64,000 nt of DNA from Scyliorhinus canicula (Eukaryota): positions 125,677,256 to 125,741,255 of the forward strand of contig NC_052149.1 of assembly GCF_902713615.1 (NCBI RefSeq). The letters run 5' to 3'. A program made the position numbers and the translations under genes. How positions within the stretch are numbered: position 1 is the stretch's first letter; every line of letters starts with the position of its first letter. This document shows positions 49,286 through 61,205 of the stretch, piece after piece. Under the pieces are notes generated by a model, which saw only the letters and a program-made list of their open reading frames with translations, made no database searches and was not told the origin of the DNA.

Positions 49286-49697
49286 TGTTTTTTTATACTT
49301 CCTGATGTAGCATAAGCTGCTTCCTTGATCTAAACTCTGACAAAGGAAGGTTCAGACTTGGAGATAGCTTTAACACATTTATTAAACTGTTAACAATTCT
49401 CCTACTTGAGTTCGACTCTCCTGTCAATCTCTCTCTATAGCTACTCAGACTAACTAACCAGTCTGCTGCAATCCACGTGTGGGTGTGATGCTTTTGATCT
49501 GCCCCTGACTTGTTCTTACTAAGTGTTGCCAGTGGAAAGAGACAGAGCATGTGTGGCTGTCCTTTTATATGGTGATGTGTAATACCCCCCTGTGGTAGTC
49601 TCACCTCGTGGTGTCCTGCCAAGCCATTGGTCGTGTCCTGTCTTACTGTCCTATTGGTTGTATGTCTTGTACATTTACAGTGATGCATATCACCACA
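49286..49697 (-). mobile_element. Solo LTR of the same family as 47903-48594, in the opposite orientation
   Basis: Shares ...gatcaaggaagcagcttatgctacatca... with the first copy. TSD GGAGG (49281-85 and 49698-702). Confidence 0.85.
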
Positions 49698-49841
49698 GGA
49701 GGTAGAAAGAGAGATTGGGAGGTAGAGAGAGGAAGATAGAGAGAGGGAGGAGGAGAGAGGGAGAGGATGGTAGGGAGAGGGAGAGAGGGGTAATGGGACA
49801 GGGAGGTAGAGAGAGAAAGAGATAGAAATAGAGGGTACCTG

Positions 49842-51137
49842 CGTACACAGGTATATCACACTTCACAATCCAGTCTGTGTACACAGGTACATCACACTTC
49901 ACAATCCAGTCTGTGTACACAGGTACATTACACTTCACAATCCAGTCTGTGTACACAGGTACATCACACTTCACAATCCAGTCTGTGCGCACAGGTACAT
50001 CACACTTCACTCTCCAGCCAGTGTACACAGGTACATCACACTTCACAATGCAGTCTGTGTACACAGGTACATCACACTTCACAATCCAGTCTGTGTACAC
50101 AGGCAAATCACACTTCACAATCCAGTCTGTGTACACAGGGACATCACACTTCACAATCCAGTCTGTGTACACAGGCAAATCACACTTCACAATCCAGTCT
50201 GTGTACACAGGTACATCACACTTCACAATCCAGTCTGTGTACACAGGTACATCACAATCCACAATCCAGTCTGTGTGCACAGGTACATCACACTTCACTC
50301 TCCAGTCTGTGTACACAGGTACATCATACTTCACAATCCAGTCTATGTACACAGGTACATCACACTTCACAATCCAGTCTGTGTACACAGGTACATCATA
50401 CTTCACATTCCAGTCTGTGTACACAGGTACATCACAATTCACAATCCAGTCTGTGGACACAGGTACATCACACTTCACAATCCAGTCTGTGTACACAGGT
50501 ACATCACACTGCACAATCCAGTCTGTGTACACAGGTACATCACACTTCACAATCCAGTCTGTGTACACAGGTACATCACACTTCACAATCCAGTCTGTGT
50601 ACACAGGTACATCACACTTCACAATCCAGTCTGTGTACACAGGTACATCATACTTCATAATCCAGTCTTTGTACACAGATACATCACACTTCACAATCCA
50701 GTCTCTGTACACAGGTACATCACACTTCACAATTCAGTCTGTGTACACAGGTACATCACACTTCACAATCCAGTCTGTGTACACAGGTACATCACACTTT
50801 GCAATCCAGTCTGCGTACACAGGTACATCACACTTCACAATCCAGTCTGTGTACACAGGTACATCACACTTCACAATCCAGTCTGTGTACACAGGCACAT
50901 CACACTTCACAATCCAGTCTGTGTACACAGGGACATCACACTTCACAATCCAGACTGTGTACACAGGTACATCACACTTCACAATCCAGACTGTGTACAC
51001 ATGTACATCAAACTTCACAATCCAGTCTGCGTACACAGGTACATCACACTTCACAATCCAGTCTGTGTGCACAGGTACATCACACTTCACAATCCAGTCT
51101 GTGTACACAGGTACATCACACTTCACAATTCAGTCTC
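49842..51137. repeat. 36-bp tandem repeat, ~36 copies
   Basis: Unit cacaggtacatcacacttcacaatccagtctgtgta. The ORFs over it have 12-aa periodicity. Confidence 0.96.
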
Positions 51138-51582
51138 TCTACATTGTTTCATTGTTCACTCACAAGTCTGATGCTACTTTGCCCTTTTTCGCGATGCTCC
51201 ATATACATATTTCCATTGTGTCACAGTGCATGAAAGATACGTAAATGTGACCTCAGTATAACCACATGGAGGCAGCAAAAGGCAGTTTATTCTTCCCAAT
51301 CCATTCTGAATATCCTGTTACCTTGGTTACAGTGTCCCATTAAGCTCCATGGTAACATTGTCCTCACAATAATTAGTTTCTCTGGGCACCCTGTCTGGAA
51401 CGGGTCTGTCCCGGCTGCTTCCTCTCTTCCTCCTCCTCCTGGGCTCATTGCTGAGTCAGTGATTGGAAGGGTTGAACCTTCATTATTGTCTGGATCTGGA
51501 GAATTCCGCATCCCTTCACAAATTGGGAATCCACTTTGGTCGACACTGGCAGGATCAGTCAGAGTCAGCATGGATTTATGAA

Positions 51583-51781
51583 TGATGTGGAGATGCTGGC
51601 GTTGGACTGGGGTGGGCACAGTAAGAAGTCTTACAACACCAGGTTAAAGTCCAACAGGTTTGTTTCGAATCACTAGCTTTCGGAGCGCAGCTCCTTCACC
51701 TGAGGAAGGAGTAGTGCTCCGAAAGCTAGTGATTTGAAACAAACATGTTGGACTTTAACCTGGTGTTGTAAGACTTCTTAC
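51583..51781. mobile_element. 199-bp palindromic Penelope-like terminal-repeat element
   Basis: 12-bp TSD tggatttatgaa (51571-82 and 51782-93). Inverted arms of ~78 bp: cagtaagaagtcttacaacaccaggttaaagtccaaca... and ...tgttggactttaacctggtgttgtaagacttcttactg. Confidence 0.75.
51696..51732 (+). ncRNA. Minimal type I hammerhead-ribozyme-like motif
   Basis: Stem I tcac/gtga, core CTGAGGA, one extra A, stem II GGAG-tagtg-CTCC, GAAA, palindromic AGCT as stem III, and a CUA cleavage triplet. Confidence 0.65.
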
Positions 51782-53021
51782 TGGATTTATGAAGGGGAAA
51801 TCATGCTTCACAAATCTGTTGGAATCCTTTGAAGAGGTAACCAGTACAGTCGACAAGGGGGAGCCCGTTGATGTGGTATATTTGGACTCTCAGAAGGCTT
51901 TTGACAAAGTCCTGCATAAGAGATTATTGTGCAAAATTAAAGCGCATGGGATTGGGGGAAATGTATTGAGGTGGATAGAAAACTGGTTGGCAGAGAGGAA
52001 ACAAAGAGTCGGGATTAATGCCTGCCAATTTTCAAATTGGCAGGCAGCAACTAGTGGGGTACCACAGGGATCGGTGCTGGGACCCCAACTATTCACGTTA
52101 TATATTAATGATTTGGATGAGGGAATAAAATGTAACATCTCAAAGTTTGCAGATGATACCAAGTTGGGTGGGAGGGTGAATTGTGATGAGGATGCAGGGA
52201 TCATACAGCAAGATCTGGACAGGTTGGGCGAGTGGGCAAATCAATGGCAGCTGCAGTAGAATTTGGATAAGTGTGAGGTTATTCACTTTGGAAGCAAAAA
52301 CAGAAAGGCAGATTACTACCTGAATGGTTGTAAATTGGGAGAGGGGAATGTGCAGCCGGACCTGGGTGTCCTTCTGCACTATTCGCTGACGGTAAGCATG
52401 CAGGTGCAGCAGGTGGTAAAGAAGGCTAATGGTATGTTGGCCTTCATTGCGAGAGGTTTCGAGTACAGAAGCAGGGATGTGTTGCTGCAATTGTACAGGG
52501 CCTTGGTGAGGCCACACCTGGAGTATTGTGTGCAGTTTTGGTCTCCTTTTCTGATGAAGGATGTTCTTGGTGTCGAGGGAGTGCAGCGAAGGTTTACCAG
52601 ACTGATTTCAGGGATGGTGGGACTGTCATATGAGGAGAGATAGACTAGGTTGGGATTGTTCTCACTGGAGTTCAGAAGAACGAGGAGGGATCTCATAGGG
52701 ACATATAAAATTGTAACAGAACTGGACAGGGTAGATGTTCCCAATGATGGGTGTGTCCTGAACCAGGGGTCACAGTCTGAGGATTCAGGGTAAACCATTT
52801 CGGACAGAGATGAGGAGACATTTCTTCACACAAAGAATGGTGAGCCTGTGACATTCATTACCGCAGGAATTAGTTGATGCTAAAACATGAATATATTCAA
52901 GAGGCGGTTAGATATAGCACTTGGGGAGAATGGGATCAAAGGCTCTGGGGAGAAAGCATTATTAGGCTATTGTGTTGGATGATCAACAATGATCGTGATA
53001 AATAGCGGAACAGGCTCGAAG

Positions 53022-53419
53022 TGTCTGTTTTATTACACTCCTGTATTATCTTGATATACTACGGAGTGTAATACGTGTTACTCAAACCTTCCACCTTAGT
53101 TACCTCAAACCTTAGTTACTCGTCCAGGAGTAACTAAAGGTTTATTGAGTAACTATAACAATAATTGTGTGAGTTTTTTACTTTAACATTGATACTAATG
53201 ATAAGGTTAACAAGATCTAACTACAGTAACTATACGTAACTCCACTAGCCATCTGAACTAGTCTGATACTGTCCTGGTCACAGTGCACCCAAGTGACAGA
53301 GAGAGACACACAATGTGGTTGCTTTTTATACCCCTTTTGGTTCGGCCCTCAAGTGATCATGTGGTGCTACTGATTATACATTAACCCCTTGTGTACATGC
53401 ACATACAGAGATCACGACA
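53022..53419 (-). mobile_element. Solo LTR (~398 bp)
   Basis: TG...CA ends, with TATAAAA and AATAAA on the minus strand. No clean TSD found. Confidence 0.65.
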
Positions 53420-53465
53420 GGGCCAAAAGGCCTCCTCCTGCTCCTATGTTCTATGTATCTATGTA

Positions 53466-53885
53466 AAGCCCGTGTGTGTAGTCGATGGCACCCTGCACCA
53501 TGGGGACACCCACTATCCTGGTAAACCCCCATGTGTGTAGTCGATGGCTCCCTGCACCTTGGGGCCGCCCACTATCCTGGTAAACCCCCATGTGTGTCAG
53601 CGATGGCACCCTGTACCATGGGGACGCCCACTATCCTGGTAAAGCCCCGTGTGTGTAGTCAGTGGCACCCTGCACCATGGGGATGCCCACTATCCTGGTA
53701 AAGCCCCATGTGTGTAGTCAGTGGCACCCTGCACCATGGGGATGCCCACTATCCTGGTAAAGCCCCATGTGTGTAGTCAGTGGCACTCTGTACCATGGGG
53801 ACGCCCACTAGCCTGGTAAACCCCCATGTGTGTATTCAGTGGCACCCTGTACCATGGGGATGCCCATTATCCTGGTAAAGCCCAT
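53466..53885. repeat. 59-bp tandem repeat, ~7 copies
   Basis: Unit aaagccccgtgtgtgtagtcagtggcaccctgcaccatggggatgcccactatcctggt. Confidence 0.93.
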
Positions 53886-54411
53886 GTGAGCTCTGCCAGC
53901 TTCTCTCTGTTCAGAGGGAACACAATGAAGTCTCCCTCTCCTGGTAGACAGTCTCTGTCACCTCTCTGATTCAGTTAGAGATGGTGAACTGGGAGATGTT
54001 GGATGTGAAGCCTGTTCCATGCTGTAAGTTTAGTAAACAGGTCTGGTTTCTAAAGAGACTGAGTACAGTCCGTCCACATAATGATGTAAATAGACACATT
54101 ACTCAGAGCTAAGATCAGTCGAGAGAAATGTTGCAACATGTAAAGGCGAGGTATTGGTTTGAAGTGAGATAAATGAACTGATTTTATATTTCACCAGCAG
54201 AGGTTCCCTTAACTCCTTCTTGTCCTGTTCAGCAATGAATATCTGTGAAAGCTGTTATTGTTATTACTGATAGGATTGTCACCTCAGGAATTATCCTTGG
54301 CCAAAGTTCCCATCATGCCGAGGAAGATCTCTCATTCTTAGTCTATTCTGAAGTTATTAATGTACATTTGAATATTAACCTTGGAAAAATTATTTAATTG
54401 ATTCCACAAGT

Positions 54412-56041
54412 GCAGTGAGTCACCTAGTGCAGTAAAACGGTATTGACCGTTTCCTAGTGTCAGGTGCAGTGAGTCACCGGGTGCAGTAAAACGGTATTGA
54501 CCGTTTCCTAGTGTCAGGTAGAGTGAGAGACCCGGTACAGTAAAACGGTATTGACCGTTTCCTAGTGTCAGGTGTAGTGACTGACCTGGTGCAGTAAAAC
54601 GGTATTGACCGTTTCCAAGTGTCAGGTGTAGTGAGAGACACGGGGCAGTAAAACGGTATTGACCGTTTCCTAGTGTCAGGTGTAGTGACTGACTCGGTGC
54701 AGTAAAACGGTATTGACCGTTTCCTAGTGTCAGGTGTAGTGAGAGACACAGGGCAGTAAAACGGTATTGACCGTTTCCTAGTGTCAGGTGTAGTGACTGA
54801 CCCGGTGCAGTAAAACGGTATTGAACGTTTCCTAGTGTTAGGTATAGTGAGAGACACGGTGCAGTAAAACGGTATTGACCGTTTCCTAGTGTCAGGTGTA
54901 GTGACTGACCCGGTGCAGTAAAACGGTATTGACCGTTTCCTAGTGTCAGGTGTAGTGACTGACACGGTGCAGTAAAAAGGTATTGACCGTTTCCTAGTGT
55001 TAGGTATGGTGAGAGACACGGTGCAGTAAAACAGTATTGACCGTTTCCTAGTGTCAGGTGTAGTGAGAGACACGGGGCAGTAAAACGGTATTGACCGTTT
55101 CCTAGTGTCAGGTGTAGTGACTGACTCGGTGCAGTAAAACGGTATTGACCGTTTCCTAGTGTCAGGTGTAGTGAGAGACACAGGGCAGTAAAACGGTATT
55201 GACCGTTTCCTAGTGTCAGGTGTAGTGACTGACCCGGTGCAGTAAAACGGTATTGACCGTTTCCTAGTGTTAGGTATAGTGAGAGACACGGTGCAGTAAA
55301 ACGGTATTGACCGTTTCCTACTGTCAGGTATAGTGAGAGACCCGATGCAGCAAAACGGTGTTGACCGTTTCCTAGTGTCAGGTGTAGTGACTGACTCGGT
55401 GCAGTAAAACGGTATTGACCGTTTCCTAGTCTCAGGTATAGTGACTGACCCGGTACAGAAAAACGGTATTGACCGTTTCCTAGTGTTAGGTGTAGTGACT
55501 GACCCGGTGCAGTGAAACGGTATTGACCGTTTCCTAGTGTTAGGTATAGTGAGAGACACGGTGCAGTAAAACAGTATTGACCGTTTCCTAGTGTCAGGTA
55601 TAGTGAGAGACCCGATGCAGTAAAACGGTATTGACCGTTTCCTAGTGTCAGGTGTAGTGAGAGACACGGGGCAGTAAAACGGTATTGACCGTTTCCTAGT
55701 GTCAGGTGTAGTGAGAGACCCTGTGCATTAAAACGGTATTGACCGTTTCCCCGTGTCAGGTATAGTGAGAGACACGCTGCAGTAAAACAGTATTGACCGT
55801 TTCCTAGTGTCAGGTGTAGTGAGAGACACAGGGCAGTAAAACGAGATTGACCGTTTCCTAGTGTCAGGTGTAGTGACTGACCCGGTACAGTAAAACGGTA
55901 TTGACCGTTTCCCCGTGTCAGGTATAGTGAGAGACACGCTGCAGTAAAACAGTATTGACCGTTTCCTAGTGTCAGGTGTAGTGAGAGACCCGGTGCAGTA
56001 AAATGGGATTGACCGTTTCCTAGTGTCAGGTGTAGTGAGAG
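54412..56041. repeat. 54-bp tandem repeat, ~30 copies, with an internal hairpin
   Basis: Unit gcagtaaaacggtattgaccgtttcctagtgtcaggtgtagtga(ctgacccggt/gagacacggt), containing AAACGGT-attg-ACCGTTT. Confidence 0.96.
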
Positions 56042-57134
56042 ATGTGTGAAAACAGGGAGGGATCCATCTCCTGGTAAGAAAGCAATGAGAATGGTCGGAC
56101 TGTAAACATAACATCGGCAACGTCAGATAAAAATTTAGATTGGGGAGTTGCCGAGTCGCTTGCTGAATGTTTGGTAAATAATTAAATAGGGAAAATAATC
56201 ATTGAAGTAAAGTCACTGAAGCTTTTATTGTGGGGGAAGGGAGAGAGAGAGTGAGAGGGTTACCCCTCGGGGGGTTTATGACCAGTGACAGACAGGGGCT
56301 GAGGAAATGGGAGTTTTGGTCGTTTAGATTGTTCCTGTCGGTGAAAATCTCGAAGATTCCTTCCACCCCCCCCCCCCCAACTGCTACTTGAAGTTTCGTT
56401 TAGCTGAAAGTTTTAATTTGTTCAGATAAATGTTATACGAATGGAAATAAGAAAATCTTTATATTTGTGTGTCTGTGTGTAATGAAGAGTTTGTGTGTGT
56501 GAGCTCAATGTGTTTCCTTCTTTAAATTGTCATTTGTTTGTGGAGTTTCAGTAATTTGAATTCAAAGCCTTACAATGTGGATTCTGAGTTGGCTTTATGT
56601 ACAATATAATTAACCATACCAAAGTTTGAAGCTATAAGGTTGGAGTTGAGATTTCTGACCAGAGAGCACAGTTTGAATGGACTGTGAAACAACAGCTTTT
56701 CCCTGTGTTTACAATGAACCAGACTCTGCAGCAACCTCTTACAGACTAACAGGAACTTCACTCTTTCCAATCACAGCTTGAGCTTTCTGATTGCTGAATG
56801 AATCCATTCCCCCTCGAGCAGAATGGACCCTCGTGTTTTTATTTCGAGGTAACCTCCAATGCCTCTGTGTACCTGAACAGGCGCCGAAATGTGGCGACTA
56901 GGGGATTTTCACAGTAACTTCATTGTAGTTTTAATGTAAGCCTACGTGTGACAATAACGATTATTATTATTATATGTAACAAGATTTCCAGCAGCGTTAA
57001 TAATCTGAGAATTTATCTAAAGATTTTTATTGCCACAGTATCGTCATGGTTTCGAGTCTTTACTTTATCTTTAAAGAAAATGGTTGAACCCATTCAAGAC
57101 CATTGTTATCTTCTGCTTGGGAACAGAAGATCCT

Positions 57135-58531
57135 GGGTGGGATTCTCCGAGTCCGCGCCGGGTTGGAGAATCGCCGGGAGCGCGGAGAATCCCACCACAC
57201 TGCTTCAACACCGGGACACCAATTCTCCGGCGACGGGAGAATCGGTGCCAATCGCGCCCGCGCTGTCGCGGGTCACTTGGGTGATTCTCCGCTGCCGACG
57301 GGCCGAACTCCCGCTGAGTCCCGCCGGAGTGGTTCCACCTGGTACCACCCGGCGGGAGCTCGGACCCGCGGCCGCTGTGGACGTCCTGGCGATGGGGTGG
57401 GGGGATCTGACTCCCGGAGGGGCCTCCACAGGTTCCAGGCCCGCGATCTGGGGCTTCCGATCGGTGGATGGCCACGATCTGGAGGTTCGCCGACATGTTG
57501 CTCGGCACCAGCGCGGAGACGTGCGTCGCGTGCTTTCGCTGACCTGTGGCAGCCGTGCAGGGCCACCTTTCGGTGCCGGAGTAGTGTGCAGCACTGCGGC
57601 ACCGTGCTAGCCCCTGAACAGCGGTGAATTGCTGGACCAGGAGGCCCGTTGACTCCGCCGTTCACCACTCCGGTGTTTACGCCGGCATCAACACTTGGCC
57701 GGGATTTCGGAGAATCCCAGCCCTGCTGCTGGATTCTCCGATTCTGCGGCTATTTCCACAGAATCCGTCTGATCTTCCGACCAGAATGTCGGCGGCGCCC
57801 CCGCGCCGATCCTCCGCCCAGCAGCCGCATCGTGTAAAGCCCGGCTTTACCTGCGGATACGGCCGCAGAATGGCCAGTCCGTGCCTGCGCACATGCATGG
57901 CGGTGGCTGCGCCGGACAGAATGGAAGCGCAAAACCGGCCTGCCAAAAATTCCTCTCCTGTAACCCCCCCTCTCCACCCCCGGACCACCCCACACCAGTC
58001 CCCCGAGCCCCCGCCGAAGCTCTCCCTGCCAGCGGAACAGCTCTCTCCGACTGTGAACTGAAAATGAAATGAAAATCGCTTATTGTCACGAGTAGGCTTC
58101 AATGAAGTTACTGTGAAAAGCCCCTAGTCGCCACATTCCGGCGCCTGTTCGGGGAGGCTGGTACGGGAATCGAACCGTGCTGCTGGCCTGCTTGGTCTGC
58201 TTTAAAAGCCAGCGATTTAGCCTAGTGAGCTAAACCAGCCCCCGGTTAGCTAAACCGCCATGATGCAGCCGCCACGCGACATCCCCAAAAGTTGTGAGGA
58301 CACGTGCCCCATGCCGTCAGGGACTCGGCCCATCGGGGGCGGAGCATCGGGAGGGCCTCAGGTGACATCCTGAGGCTGTCCCGACAGCGTCCGGAGTACT
58401 CCTCGAGTATGCCGTTTTTGAGGGGGCGGAGCATCGCTAAAACGGCGCCGCCCCTGATTCCAGAGTAAAAGTGGATTCTCCAGCCGATCGCCGAATGTGA
58501 TTTTGGCGTCGCCGATCAGAGAATCCAGCCC
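57135..58531. mobile_element. Two adjacent GC-rich Harbinger-type non-autonomous elements (about 57135-57723 and 57727-58531)
   Basis: Imperfect terminal inverted repeats gg(t/c)(g)ggattctcc ... ggagaatcc(c)agccc, matching the end seen at 4097. Confidence 0.7.
58060..58243 (-). mobile_element. tRNA-derived SINE (second family) inside a MITE
   Basis: Near-identical to 22418-22591. Confidence 0.85.
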
Positions 58532-58794
58532 CTGATATAAACACACTGACCAATGAGAATCAGACTGTTTGACAGGAGACCTTTGAAAAACGATGATGTT
58601 ATTGAAAATAAAGAATATGTGCTGATAAACATTTGGGACTTTAAGTCTGCAAACAAATTCACACACATGAGGAAGAGATAATTTCAATTTTGATAGTGTA
58701 AATTACAGTTCTTACAAAGTTTAATGATTTGAGGTTTGGTTCCCGATTATCATGGATCTGCCGAGTGACAGCAGTAAATCAAATTTAACAAGAT

Positions 58795-59080
58795 GGCACG
58801 GCGGCACAGTGGTTAGCACTGCTGCCTCCCTGCACCCGGGACCCGGGTTCAATTCCGGCCTTGGGTGACTTTCTGTGTGGAGTTTGCACCTTTTCCCCAT
58901 GTCTGAACGGGTTTCCTCCAGGTGCTCCAGTTTCCTCCCACTGTCCAAAGATGTGCAGTTTAAGTGTACGGACCATGATCATTGGGATAGGGAAGGGGAG
59001 TGGGCCTCGGTAGAGTGTTCTTTTGGAGGGTATGGGCCGAACGGCCTCCTTCTGTACAATAGGGATTCTGTGGATTTCAA
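58795..59080 (+). mobile_element. HE1-type SINE
   Basis: Head, core and tail present. Confidence 0.8.
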
Positions 59081-59994
59081 AGGCATGATACAATGTATTC
59101 TGCCCAGCAACAGGTAGAAATTTGCCTTGTGACAGCAGTAGCCAGCATTGAAAGGCATGATGAGATGCAACTTTTCCAGTAACGAGATTAGCAGGAATCG
59201 AGACGGATTTAGATGTAAATCGCCCTATTGGCAGAAAGAGCTTACCGAGATGACTGAGAGATCAGTGGCGGTATATACATATTAATATCTAGAGTCAAGG
59301 AATTTTCGAGAGAAAGACAGCCAAATACACAGAACAAATAATCAAAGGGGTAAGATGATAAAATTGCCAGCACCCTCAGAATCAGAGAGGCCAATTTCCA
59401 TCCAACAGCCTGAGAGGCCAGTCCACAACTCACAGTCAGGACGATAGGCCTGAAACTATGACTTAGAGCAAAGGCCGTGCAGAAACCTTTGTAAAGACAG
59501 TTTGCACATCTTTGCTGGATCAGGAAAAAATGTTTGCCAGACTTGAGTATCAGCCCGAAATTGTGTGGTAACTGGAAGCTGGATTTCACTAACAGATTTA
59601 TTTAATTTGGATATTGTTTGGGGTATTAAGGAGTTCAGGGATTGTAGACATATTTTGGAACAAAGCGTACATTCTACTTAAACTGTCTGTGTGTTTAGTG
59701 ATTCATGCACATAATTACCTTGTAATCCTGTTCCTCTGTATTTTCTTCAATTTAATAATTGTTACATGACAACCGTGTGAAAATGAGGGCACTGTATTTG
59801 ACGCAGTCTGCTTAGACTTCAGCAAGGATTTTGATAAGGTCCCAGATGGCAGACTGATAATGAAGGAAAGAGCCCATGGAATCCAAAGAAAGGTTGCAAA
59901 TAGGATCCAGAATTGTCTGAGTGCCAGGAAGCAGAAGGTGATGGTCAAGTGGTGTTTCTCTGACTGGAAGCCTGTGTCCAGTGGAGTCAAAAAA

Positions 59995-61205
59995 ATAACA
60001 AAGAACAAAGAAAAGTACAGCAGAGGAACAGGCCCCTCCAAGCCTGCGCCAACCATGCTGCCCATCTACCCTAAAGCCTTCTACACTTCCAGGGTCCGTA
60101 TCCCTTTATTCCCAAACTATTCATGTATTTGTCAAGATGCCCCTTAAAAGTCACTATCGTCCCTGCTTCCACCACCTCCTCCGGCAGCGAGTTCCAGGCA
60201 CCCACTGTGGAAAAAAACTTGTCTCGCATACCTCCTCTAAACATTGCCCCTCGCACCTTAAACTTATGTCTCCTAGTAATTAACTCTTTTACCCTAGGAA
60301 AAAGCTTCTGACTATCCACTCTGTCTATGCCTCTCATAATTTTGTAAACCTCTATCAGTTCACCCCTCAACCTCCGTTGTTCCAGTGAGAACAAACAGAG
60401 TTTATCCAACCTGTCCTCATATCTAATGCCCTCCATACCAACATCCTGGTAAACCTCATCTGTACCCTCGATAAAGCCTCCACATCCTTCGGGTAGTGTG
60501 GTGACCAGAATTGAACACTATACTCCAAGTGTGGCCTAACTATTATTTTTATTTTTTATTTTTTTAAATTTAGAGTACCCAATTCATTTTTTCCAATTAA
60601 GGGGCAATTTAGCGTGGCCAATCCACCTACCCTGCACATTTTTGGGTTGTGGGGGCAAAACCCACGCAAACACGTGGAGAATGTACAAACTCCACACAGA
60701 CAGTGGCCCAGAGCTGGGATCGAACCTGGCACCTCGGCGCCGTGAGGCCGCAGTGCTAACCCACTGCGCCACCGTGCTGCCCCAAGTGTGGCCTAACTAA
60801 GGTTCTATACAGCTGCAACATGATTTGCCAATTTTATGCTCAGTGCCCCGGCTAATGAATGCAAGCATGCCGTAGCCTTCTTGACTACCTTCTGCACCTG
60901 CATTGCCACTTTCAGTGACCTGCGGACCTGTACACTCAGATCCCTCTGCCTGTCAATATGCATAAGGGTTATGTCATTTACTATGTATTTCCCACCTGCA
61001 TTAGACCTTTCAAAATGCATTATCTCACATTTGTCCGGATTAAACTCCATCTGCAATCTCTCTGCACAAGTCTCCACACGATCTAAATCCTGCTGTATCT
61101 CTGACAGTCCTCATCGCTATCCGCAATTCCACCAACCTTTGTGTCATCTGCAAACTTACTAATCAGACCAGTTACATTTTTCTCCGAATCATTTATATAC
61201 AATCA
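59995..61205 (-). mobile_element. CR1 3' fragment with an HE1 SINE inserted at ~60543-60783
   Basis: LFSLEQRRLRGELIEVYKIMRG and an (aagaaca)n tail. The host sequence ccaagtgtggcctaacta is duplicated around the SINE. Confidence 0.85.

Larger units (their letters stand above)
51530..53462 (+). mobile_element. CR1 LINE RT/3' fragment with inserted elements
   Basis: [24 protein letters not shown] and KFADD motifs, and a 3' tail split by an LTR at 53022. Confidence 0.88.

Noticed and set aside
54412-56041. CRISPR-like appearance (palindromic repeat with variable intervening bases)
   Set aside because: The intervening segments are a few recurring variants rather than unique spacers, there are no cas genes, and the context is vertebrate.
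57071-58089. GC-rich block with many ORFs resembling a CpG-island gene
   Set aside because: It is bounded by Harbinger-type inverted termini, and no ORF has a recognisable domain.
59242-59589. Hydrophobic 115-aa ORF as a membrane protein
   Set aside because: No recognisable family motif, a non-ATG start, and no supporting exon structure for the full ORF.
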